From: a bacterium
GTDB lineage: Bacteria; Patescibacteriota; Gracilibacteria; Absconditabacterales; Absconditicoccaceae
Assembly (NCBI GenBank): GCA_043772005.1
Contig: JAYVGP010000009.1
Location: 4,328 to 44,327, forward strand
DNA: 40,000 bases
Direction: 5' to 3'
The notes beneath the pieces are model-generated. The model was not told the origin of the DNA. It did not search any database and was given only the letters and a program-made list of their open reading frames with translations. Position numbers and translations under genes: made by a program. This document shows positions 20,877 to 30,601 of this stretch, in pieces. Position 1 is the stretch's first letter; each line of letters starts with the position of its first letter.

Positions 20877-23800
20877 TTATAGGAGGTTTTGTAGGGTTTC
20901 TCGTAGGGTAGATCGTCGAGATTGAGATTGTGATGCATCGTGTGAAAGCTGTGATATGAGCAATCATGATCCGATGTCTATTCATGTCGTTTGACTCAGT
21001 ATTGGATCAAGATAGATTGCTGGATAATGTTGCTGGATATATAGTTTCTCTTGATAATACTGGGCATTACGGTCCGATAAGGTTTGAATATATTCCTTAC
21101 TCGACTGATATAACTGTGTAATACGAGTAGCATATGCACGAGACTGTTCAAGTTTGGTATGAAGCAGATCGATATAATCTTGTTTACTATTGGTAATGCT
21201 ACGATATGTTTGGTATAATTCATTCGTCTTACTACGATAACGATCCCATATATCACTAATTTCTTGATACTGTTCTTGTTTCAGCACCTTATTGATAAGT
21301 TTTTGTTCTCTCAAATCAAGGTTCAATAGTTCTAATGCATCGTCACTATCCGATATTGTCACAATCTGACCTTCATCAGCATAAAGTTCGCGCATCTTGT
21401 TGGAAATCTCAATAGTCGTCAAATCAAGCATATCTGAACTATGATAACTGCCATAACATACTTGGTCGTATATGGTTTCTCAATCAGTCAATGCAACACA
21501 TCATCCGTCGTTGGGTAGTGGAAATGAATCATAGATCAACTGCGCTAAGTCCGATCATCAAGATCAGGTGATAACTCTATTAGCCTTATTATTAATCACT
21601 AACAATAAAACTGATCACGATTGCGCTTGTTCATCATCCCATATCAATGAGACCAACTCTCATCCATCAGTATCACGTCACGGCGGATCAGCAATAATAC
21701 GATCAATCATAACTGCTTGATGCTGTTGAAAACGATACAACGATAATGATGCATCAGTATTGCTCGACGATGCTGTTCCACTGGATGATTGCTGTTGAAT
21801 AGATGTATCGAACGAGCATTCTCAGCCAAGTTGATCTTGCGCGTTAACGGTGCATCACTGCTTTCTGATATTGGTAGCAAGCACATCATGCTTATCCTTT
21901 CGCTTACGATAGAGGTCCTCATAATAGGTCGAGGTAGATGATGGCGAAGTAGATGATGAACTACTACTTGATATCGATGGATAGCTGATAAATGAATGAG
22001 TCTGACACAGCTGCTGTCCATCCTTGCTAATCGTGAGCTGTAGTGGTGCAAGTATCGCTTGGGGCAGAGTGAAATATCATGGATTGCAGCTGTCGGAGCC
22101 GGTGAACGTAAGTCAAGATCGCTGACACTGGTAGCTACTAGAATTTTGTATTTCATCTCTATCCAGCGATGCAATGAGGTTGATCGAGTTGCCAAATCTC
22201 AATGGAGTTGTATGCTGCGCCACAATACCACATACATGCTGTTCTCCAGTTTGAATGATAGTTGTTGTGAGCGTATTGGTGATCGTTTGCTGATGTATTG
22301 CTCCATAAAACATATATTCATCTTCACAAACCATAGTAGCACCACTATATTGTTGATAGGTAACACGGTGGGATCATGGAGCAAATGACTGTCACAGCGA
22401 ACATGAATTATTGGTTGATATAGCTCAATCGACCAATCGGGAGCTTGATGAGCAAGTTGAGTCTACTAAACTTCCGGACACAGTAAATCATGCAGAAAAT
22501 GATCCTGTGATATATCACTCATTGACAGCACTAATACGACATCATCCGATTTGTGGGACTTGTATTGATTGATGACAAGATGTCAGAAGAGTGGTTGCTT
22601 GATTGGTAGTAAAGATTCTTGTGCCTCATGAGTATGAAGTGAATATACTTGCTTTATTGGCTTGTGTGGATGAATAAATGACTGAGTCAAGCACCAAGCC
22701 TGATCAATTGCTCATAATAAGAGATTCTCCGTCATCGGTGAGCGTCATATTGGGCACCAGTATGACATTGTCAGACAAGACTCCACTCATCGATTCCACA
22801 AGGTATCGTACCGATCCAGACTGAGCTGAAATATCAAAGATCTTACTGGTATCTGATGTTCCCAGCCCAGCAATAGTGAGGGATCATGAGTAGGGTGCAG
22901 TAAACGACAGTGATAGATGCTCACCCACACAGTCAGCAAATGGATATATTTGAGAAATCTGGATCGATCAGGTAAGTTGTGTTCAAGTTAAAATTATTCA
23001 GGTCATGACTATTCATGTAACAACAATACCTGTACTAGCAGCTCCCGTGATTATCATTCAAGTTACAACAGTTCATGTCGTTACTACTCCAGTAAAAATG
23101 GTACCAGTACTAATTGATCATGTTATCAACAATCAAGTCGAAATAGTTCATGTGTTTGCAGGAAATAACGTGAGTCACCGCACGAGTCATGGATTGCCAC
23201 GATGTCATGAAATGATATTTGTGTTGTGAGATATTGGCGTAACTTGCCAGAGTTGTTGAGAAAAATCATACTCTCGAGCAGCAGACTGGTTATCGGATCA
23301 TAGTACTTGTGATACAATCAGATCGAGAGAGTCAATCACGTCTCCACTATAGATCAGCTGTAATGAGCGAGCAGTAGTATCTGTCATAGATAATCACTGC
23401 CCAGATACAATATCAAATCACGATGACACTACCATCGCTAGCGTATCACCAATCACTACGCTCTCATTGGTTCATAAATTCAAAGTAGTTGTTAGTAATC
23501 AAGATGTTTTGACTCAAGAAATACTCACTGATCCTATAAAAGGATCTCACCGATTTGTTAGTTCAATATATTCATCAGTACCATCGATCCTGACTTCAGT
23601 GATGCTGAGCTGTGGCGATGGATTTGGTAGTACGAATGATGTCATCATAAGCATCAATGACGAAATATCTTCCTGTGGCTCATTTTCAACACTAGAATAA
23701 GCGATTTCTGGTGGATTTTGCTCCACTGCTCACTGTCAGACTGTGGGCTGGGACGAATCAGGGATCAATAATCCTCACGTACTATCTAACGGTCATGATC

Positions 23801-24164
23801 ACACAATACTACCTGATGAGTTAGACACAACATCTGTCGTACTTCATGATTCGACACCAGGAAAGATATTAGTATCAGATTGATCTTGCGCAATATTGCT
23901 ATCACTATCGACGATAGGTAAAAGCTCTGGCTGTCATGGTTTGTCTGACATAAGACTTAGAACTTCGACAGTATTGGACGCTTGCTCTGATTCAAAATCA
24001 TTATATACAAGCTCTTCTCAAGATCACGGGATCGAAATAGTGATGTCTTGTGCGACAGCCCGACTCAAACATGTCTGACATAGTATGACAACTATCGACA
24101 TTCGACTTAGACATGTCTGACATAGTATGACATAATACGACAGCAAACAATACTTGTCTGACAT
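20877..24164 (-). CDS. Giant surface-type protein with three lamin-tail-domain (LTD)-like segments, a (TGxxx)13 repeat and a Q/Y-rich coiled-coil C-terminus (about 1095 aa)
   Basis: One minus-strand frame has no TAA/TAG from 24236 down to TAA at 20879-20877. Track ORFs 22113..22334 and 20982..21431 are in this frame. LTD-like motifs: ITEVRIDGTDEYIELTNRG; IQISQIYPFADCVGEHLSLS...LTDDGESLIM; MIDRIIADPPGRDTDGGELVSLIW...LPNDGGCVALTDGETIYDQVCYG. The start is uncertain: ATG at 24164, 24101 or 23951. Confidence 0.65.
22965..23153 (-). repeat. 13 tandem 15-bp units encoding the pentapeptide repeat T-G-x-x-x inside the LTD gene
   Basis: Translated: TGTIS TGLLI TGSIS TGTIF TGVVT TGTVV TGMII TGAAS TGIVV TGIVM TGIIL TGTQL TGS. 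The Gly codons in order are TGA TGA TGA GGT GGA TGA TGA GGA GGT TGA TGA TGA TGA. Confidence 0.85.
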
Positions 24165-24294
24165 TTGTATAGTAAAAATAATATAAAAGATACAAGAATG
24201 CTTTATATAACTAATATCTGATAATCTTTTTGTGTCTTATTTTGTCTGACAAAGTATGACAGATTTGTCTATGTCTGTCATCAATACTATGACA
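24072..24294. repeat. Array of direct 19-bp repeats TGTCTGACAnAGTATGACA (plus degenerate copies)
   Basis: Exact TGTCTGACATAGTATGACA at 24072-24090 and 24114-24132. TGTCTGACAAAGTATGACA at 24243-24261. A half copy at 24155-24163. A variant TGTCTGTCATCAATACTATGACA at 24272-24294. The related TGTCTGACAGAGTATGTAT is at 8048-8066. Start-to-start spacings are 42, 41 and 88 bp. Confidence 0.8.
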
Positions 24295-24816
24295 GATTTT
24301 GACACTCTTGGACAAATCTAGCGAAAGTGCTGTCAAATTGCAAGATTATTTTGTCAAAGTCTGTCAAGAGGGATTTGACATGATACGACTGTAATATAAG
24401 TAATCATATATTATGTTGTACTATAAGTTAATAGCGCGACAAAAATACGACAATAAAACAACGAATTATAGCGACTTTACTCAATAGACACCATGACACG
24501 AATCATTCAGATCGGCTTATCATAGCCTGTCATGCTAACGTTTGGTTAGAGGATTTTTGTTTTTTACGCTTGTAGAGTTACTAAAATTTCGTATACCATC
24601 AACATATCAATAAATCCAAATAGTTTATTGATCTGTACAAACAAAAATCTGTTGTTAACATTCCGTTCTCTGTATATCTTAGAGCAGAATATCAACTCCC
24701 ACCCGGGTAGGTGTTATTCAATTACGCTCCGAAGATTGACTTTAAACTTACGAATCAATGACTTATATCAATTAGTGGTAATCATCACTACTTCATATAA
24801 ATCGCTGTTTCAGTGG

Positions 24817-24872
24817 TTGTGTCTCTCTTCGGGGCACAATCACTAAATCAGCATGTTTTCTTGCTGATTTTT
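24817..24872 (+). terminator. Two consecutive hairpins, the second an intrinsic-terminator-like stem plus T-run, inside the long non-coding region before pheT
   Basis: TTGTGTCTC-tcttc-GGGGCACAA (24817-24839), then AATCAGCA-tgttttct-TGCTGATT followed by TTT (24846-24872). Confidence 0.55.
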
Positions 24873-24959
24873 CGTTTATGAAAAACATGAGCTGAGATTG
24901 ATTTTCGATAGTGATTGTGTAGATTATATGCAATATTTAATCTTATTTTATCGTATCTA

Positions 24960-27419
24960 ATGAAATATCATCTCAACTGAATCAAACAATACATCTCACT
25001 CAAGGATAATCTCGAAAATCTGGTCAAACAGATGACGATGAAGATCTTTGAGGTTGAGGATGAAATTGTGGATAATATACTACCCGATCTACTTGTGATC
25101 TGATATGTCACAGCCGTAACTCAACATCCAAATGCGGATAAACTCAAAGTATGTCAGATCGACTGTGGTACTCATGGAAACTTCCAGATTTGTACTGGTG
25201 GAGAGAATATTGTCGTCGATAAATATGTGCCTGTAGCATTACCTGGATGCTATCTGCCAGCGATTGATCTTAAGATCGAGCCAAGACCGATGAGAGGCGA
25301 GGAATCCAACGGTATGGTCTGCTCCAAAGGTGAACTCGGTATCAATGAAGACGAGGACCAGCACTGGATATGGCTACTGGATGAGGATCTCCACGATCTA
25401 TCGGCTGACGATAAAGGAAAAGACATGAAGGATAAGTATCCATGGCTAGAAAATGTGCAATTTGAGGTTAAAAACATCGCAATTACCACCAGGCCTGACC
25501 TGACTGGGTATTGGGGAGTGGCTTGTGAGCTCAATGCGGTGTATGCTGACAGTGGATTGATACAGTTTAACCAAGTACCAACAGTGCTCAATGAACTACA
25601 GCATCTTAATATCAGCGAAGCACTACGTACTGCACCAAATGCTACCAGATGAGTACAAATCGATACTGACCTATGTGCGTGCTATAGTGTGGTGGAGTTT
25701 GATGGGATTACAGTCAAGCCTAGTGACCTCTATCAGAGGATGATGGTCTATGGTACTGGAGCAATCCCCAGAAGTAATTGGGTCGACCGGTCCAATAATT
25801 TTATGAATTTGACAGGGCAGCCAGTACACTGCTTTGATAGTAATACACTCGTAGGAGATATCATCGTGAGAATTGCCAATGATGGAGAACAATTTACTGA
25901 TCTGCTGTGAGGAGAACATGCGCTCCAAACATGAGATATTGTCATATGCGATCAGGAAAAGATCGTAGCCCTTGCAGGTGTGATCGGATGAATGAATACT
26001 GCAATCAGCGAAACAACCACCAAGGTAAGTGTGGAAGTAGCGCAATTTGACCCAACACAGGTACGTAAGACCGCAACAAGATTGTGATTGAGAACTGACG
26101 CAGCGGTCAGATTTGAAAAATATATCAACCCATACTGGACACAATACTGCACGATGATCGTGTCAGAACAGATTCGCAAGCAGGCGACGAGCCTGGGTAA
26201 AGCCAACTATGTTGGGATCACACATGTGACCAATATAATGCCAGCTCGCATGCCAGTCACCGTGTCGGTGGCCAAGGCTCAACAGTTTATCTGGGGTAAT
26301 GGGCAAGCGCATACAGGTGAACAGATGAAGAAATTGCTCGAACATCTATGATTCATCGTGAGCCTCGATAGTGATATGATGCTATGTACACCACCAATCT
26401 GGAGGTCACCGGTCGATATCACACATGTGCAAGATATCTATGAAGAGATTGGTAGGATTGTAGGATATGAAAATCTGGGCACTCAAACACTCAAGACAAG
26501 TGCTACACCGCAGCTCAACATCATCCCACAGGTTGTAAGGACAATCGAAGATACGATGGTGATGAAATATGGCTATGATCAGGTCGAAACATACCTCTGG
26601 ACCGAACAAAAATACCTCGAACTCCTCGGTCAATATGACCCAAGCTCCTATACACTACTCAATCCACTTAGTCCTGAGCAGACAATCATCAGACCGATGT
26701 TGTACCCAGGACTCGTACAATCTGTGGTCAAAAATCATAGAATGCATGATGAGGTCAAAGTATTTGAGACGGCGCATGTGGTAAATAGTAACGGAGTTGA
26801 AACTCATCATGTCTGTATCGTAAGCTATACCACAAGGGATAGCAACAGCGAATATCCGTGAGGATGAAAAAATCTCCTGCAAGATGCCATCATACAGCAC
26901 AAAACGATCCTGTCAGACATCGTCGGACAGTATGAGATATCCTCTACAGATAAGGCATATCTCCATCCTAAGAAACAAGGAGAGATTAAAATAAATAGTG
27001 AGATAGTCGGACTCCTAGGTCAAGTACATCCACTGGTGTGTGATGAGCTCGGTCTCAATATTGACTATCAACTCGTGGTCACTGAGGTAAATCTTACAGC
27101 ACTGATCGCACAAGGCTGGACATGAGTCAAGTCAGGCAAATCATATCTCACCAACCAACACCATATCATCACTCGTGATGTATCGTTTGGACTGACAGGT
27201 AATGCAACATACGAGCAGATCCTCAACATTGCTCAGTCTGCCAAGGGTATCGACAAGGTAGAGGTGTTTGATCTCTATCAGCCAAGTCCTGAACTGCGCA
27301 CGATGTGAGTAAGATTTACGATGATCTATGATGAGGCTCCAAGCACCGAATCTGTGACTAAGAAGGTAGAGTATATTGTCGGGCAGATTGCAAAGATTGA
27401 GGGAGTGAGTGTGAGGTAG
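24960..27419 (+). CDS. pheT: Phenylalanine--tRNA ligase beta subunit (819 aa)
   Basis: ATG 24960. N-terminal tRNA-binding (OB) domain: VIGYVTAVTQHPNADKLKVCQIDCG...IEPRPMRGEESNGMVCS. Track fragments 25227..25652, 25689..25910, 26088..26351 and 26358..26861 are collinear in one frame and joined by TGA. TAG stop at 27417-27419. No pheS is found upstream. Confidence 0.9.
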
Positions 27420-27445
27420 ATATTTAATTACACTAAATTAAAATA

Positions 27446-27988
27446 ATGAAACTAGAGCTAATACCACACATACTTAATATAATTGAAATATTCATCTGAT
27501 TCCTCTTAGCGAATTTTGTAAGTAAATATTTCCAATATTTCTTTGAAAACAAGGAAATCCAGAAAGAACACGACATCAAAATAGCAAAAGAGATTCTTAA
27601 TAAAATATCTGTTAAGTGATTTTGAGATCTAATTAAAGATACTACATTATCGAGTTTTCACCGCAGCCACTATGATGTAATGAGTTTTTATAAATACCTT
27701 TACGAAACTCATACATTTTATAATACTGACATTCAAAAATATTTTAATATATTTATTGTATCCTTACATCAATATCAATCACTCCTATATAAAAACTATC
27801 AGCCATTGGATCATGATCGTTCTGTTGTCAAGATAGTTGACGAGAATCAAATAGATCAGATACTAGATCAAGTGGAACCACTATCTACAATAGTAGAACA
27901 ACAGCAAAAAGACTTTTTGAATTTGATAAGAAAAAAGTTACCAAAAGCATCAATAGATACTTACGAAACACAAAATCATAACTACTAA
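27446..27988 (+). CDS. Hypothetical membrane-anchored protein (180 aa)
   Basis: ATG 27446. TM-like HILNIIEIFIGFLLANFVSKYF. Joins track ORF 27680..27988 through three TGA codons. Confidence 0.45.
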
Positions 27989-27990
27989 AA

Positions 27991-28531
27991 ATGCAAAAAA
28001 TTACTTTTATCACATGAAATCAACACAAGGCAGATTATCTTGCTCAATTTCTTGGCTATCCAGTAGACCACATCAAACTTGATCTGGATGAAGTTCAATC
28101 CACAGATCTTCGTGAGATTGTAGAACATAAAGTTAAACAAGCCTACAGTATAGTCAAAAAGCCCGTCATCGTGGAAGACGTATCATTAGAATTTGAAGAA
28201 TTAGGTTGATTACCAGGACCATTTATCAAATTTTTTTGTCGATAAAGTACCATTTCAAAACGTATGCAATATGATTTGATTAAATAGAAATGCTACAGCA
28301 AAATGTGTCTTTGGCTATTATGATGGCAAGGAATTACACCTATTTGAGTGAAAACTAGATGGAACTATTACTACACAACCATCAGGAGAAAATTGATATG
28401 GTCGAGATCAGATCTTTATACCACAGTGATACGATGTCACAAGAGCATCACTATCTCCAGAAGATGACCAAAAAACATACCTACAGATTAAACCATTTGC
28501 CCAGCTCAAAGACTTTCTTGAAAGAAGATAA
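27991..28531 (+). pseudogene. Ham1/RdgB-type non-canonical purine NTP pyrophosphatase (ITPase), interrupted by a +1 frameshift in a T7 run
   Basis: Frame 1 (27991-28245) reads MQKITFITGNQHKADYL...VIVEDVSLEFEELGGLPGPFIKFF and then stops. The family-typical continuation VDKVPFQNVCNMIGLNRNATAKCVFGYYDG...GENGYGRDQIFIPQGYDVTRASLSPEDDQKTYL runs in the next frame from 28238 to TAA at 28529-28531. The shift lies in TTTTTTT at 28231-28237. Confidence 0.7.
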
Positions 28532-28547
28532 GTAAGTAAGCATAAAA

Positions 28548-28576
28548 TTGACAAAGTAAAACCAAAGCCCTATAAT
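28548..28576 (+). promoter_or_regulatory. Perfect sigma70 consensus promoter predicting a leaderless or near-leaderless mRNA
   Basis: TTGACA (28548-28553), exactly 17 nt, TATAAT (28571-28576), then CAGACT and the ATG at 28583. Confidence 0.65.
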
Positions 28577-28582
28577 CAGACT

Positions 28583-29578
28583 ATGAATATTAGAAAAAAA
28601 CCACAGCAACAGCTCGAAGATGATACAAAAACAATAAGTAGATTTGGTAGTTTGTTTTTTTTATCAAAATACACTATAGAGGATATAACTCTAGCACTGT
28701 GTAATCCCAAGGAGAATGAAGATTTTCATCGTAACTTTTTGTTGTGGTTTAGAACATATTTCAAGTCATATTCTATCTTTAAACACAATCAAAAAACCCA
28801 TACAAAAGAAGATACTACAATATCGAATCCAACCACAACCATATTTGTCTCAAGAAAGAAAACAGAATTTTTTGGAGAATATATCAACAGAGCCCATATT
28901 TGGTCTGATCATTTTAAAGTTAATAATGAACCCGTAGAATACTGAGTAGTAGACTCAATACTAATATGAACTAGAGACTGAGACGGACTAACTCCTGAAG
29001 ATCCGCAACCCATCTATTGCCAATGAGAACAAACCAAAATCTATACTATTAATACCAAATGATACATCTGAGAAATAAAATCAAAACCCCGATTATTAAA
29101 CTCCATTAATCAATATATCAACCATAACATACTTGAATATATGTATGAGTGGTTTAACTCAATTAGATGCCATAACTTTGGATTTGGTATAGGTCTATGA
29201 AATTACTCTCACATCATACCATATGATAATCAGAAACTCAGAATAGGAGACACTATAGCATTTATTGCTCCTAGTGACTGAGATTATCACTTTCTTGTTT
29301 ATTTGTGAGATAATATAGCTATCTGAAAACTTGCTCAACTAGGGATTCATTTTTCTAGTCTTTGACAATCTTTTACCAAAAATAAAATGCCAAACTCTTG
29401 GATTATCAAACCAGATACTAGATATAATAAGCTAATGAAAAAAAATGACATGGAATGACTAAACAGTCTTTTTATCACTAATTTTAATTTGTGGATTGAG
29501 TTTCTCAATCAGCTTAAAAATCATACTAAAACTACTCCACAAAATAATTCTGATACACAACTCCCTGCACAGGACTAG
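28583..29578 (+). CDS. Hypothetical protein (331 aa); possible papain/NlpC-P60-like C-terminal half (very tentative)
   Basis: Track ORF 28583..28945 continues through TGA to TAG at 29576-29578. RIGDTIAFIAPSDGDYHFLVYLGDNIAIGKL, preceded by a Cys (SIRCHNFGF), loosely recalls the NlpC/P60 Cys...His order. Its 3' end overlaps the miaA 3' end by about 47 bp (convergent). Confidence 0.5.
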
Positions 29579-30524
29579 TCTGACTATCTCTCAGATACCT
29601 ACGAAACCATGTGCGTTGCTTCTTGGCGAGGCGGCGATCGCCGAGCTGCATGAGTCTGATACACTCTTCACGGTCATACTCTCAGGCCAGATATCACATG
29701 ACGATCGGGTAGAGGATCGGCTTCTTGGTTGTCAGATGCTCTGCGTATCACAGTGAGATGAGGTGCTGGATCTCATCGATAAATCCATGGTCCAGCATCT
29801 GTTCGATCCTACGGTTGATAAGCTCATCACCACTCACTACATCTCTCCGCAGTCCTATCATGAGGAGTGGACGAATAGGTGGATTGGAAGATGTAATCTC
29901 AGCTTTGGTCTTGCCAGTGATGTGGATCATCTCGAGGGCTCTGATGATAAATCTGGTAGAGCTCGGATGATGACGCGCAGCTTCTGCTGGGTCGAGCTGG
30001 GTGAGTAGGGTGTGGCAGTATCACGGTGATAGCAATTCCTCAGACTCGAGGGTGGCTCTATACTCATAGTCAGGCGGGACATCAGGGAGTCAGAAGTTAT
30101 GGTATATCATATCAATATATAATCCGGTACCTCAGACTATGACTGGGATCTTGCCACGTGTCTGAATCTGTCTGACATACTCATGAGCATCAGTCTGCCG
30201 CTGTCCTGCAGTATAAATCTCATCTGGATCCACTATATCAATCAGGTGATGAGGCAACTGAGCACGGATCTCAGGACTGACCTTGTCAGTACCAATATCC
30301 ATATAACGATATATCTGACGTGAATCAGCGCTGATCACCTCAATCGGGAAACGGTCACTCAGCTGCAATGATAGTGCTGTCTTGCCAGTAGCGGTCTGTC
30401 ATCGGATCGCAATCATCCCGTCGGGATAATGATCGAGAAAATGCTTCACATCTGCTGTGATCTTCTCAATATCATAAGAGCGATACGAAGTGAGTCCCTG
30501 TGGGAGTATCTGATTGGCTTGCAT
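29532..30524 (-). CDS. miaA: tRNA dimethylallyltransferase (330 aa)
   Basis: ATG 30524-30522. P-loop IAIRGQTATGKTALS with the first G as TGA at 30399-30401. Also ISADSRQIYRYMDIGTDK, HHLIDIVDP and PVIVGGTGLY. Track ORFs 30132..30368 and 29748..29930 are in the same frame. TAG stop at 29534-29532. Confidence 0.85.
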
Positions 30525-30601
30525 AAAATAACTATAATGAAAACACAGTCACAAAAAAGATCAAAACAAAAACTCCATCAAAGGATGGAGCCTGAGTATC
30601 A

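Noticed and set aside
21707-22195. 162-aa minus-strand track ORF (MATRSTSLHRW...) and the plus ORF 22059..22388.
   Set aside because: Both are out of frame or antisense relative to the continuous LTD reading frame, are rich in Arg/Ser/His/Leu, and carry no motifs.
23005-23229. Plus-strand track ORF with a striking 5-residue periodicity (TTIPV LAAPV IIIQV TTVHV VTTPV...).
   Set aside because: It is the antisense image of the 15-bp tandem repeat inside the 3.3-kb minus-strand LTD gene. The minus frame is the one that stays open across the whole region.
24331-24380. Four TTGACA/TGTCAA hexamers read as stacked -35 boxes for the LTD gene.
   Set aside because: None is followed at 16-18 nt by an acceptable -10 hexamer on either strand. 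They fit better as relatives of the TGTC/GACA repeat family.
24540-24875. T-box riboswitch, RNase P RNA, SRP RNA or tmRNA identity for the structured region before pheT.
   Set aside because: I could not find the T-box GGGTGGTACCGCG-type element, the GGAAAGTCC and ACAGAA RNase P blocks, the SRP domain IV GGAAGCAGC, or a tRNA-like tmRNA end. It is kept only as an unassigned structured RNA or leader candidate.
25250-26206. Minus-strand track ORFs 25250..25591, 25671..26144, 25748..25945, 25952..26206 and 26163..26345. The same applies to 37839..38285 and 36080..36430 further on.
   Set aside because: They are antisense shadows of well-supported plus-strand genes: pheT, the AI-2E transporter and the MFS transporter.
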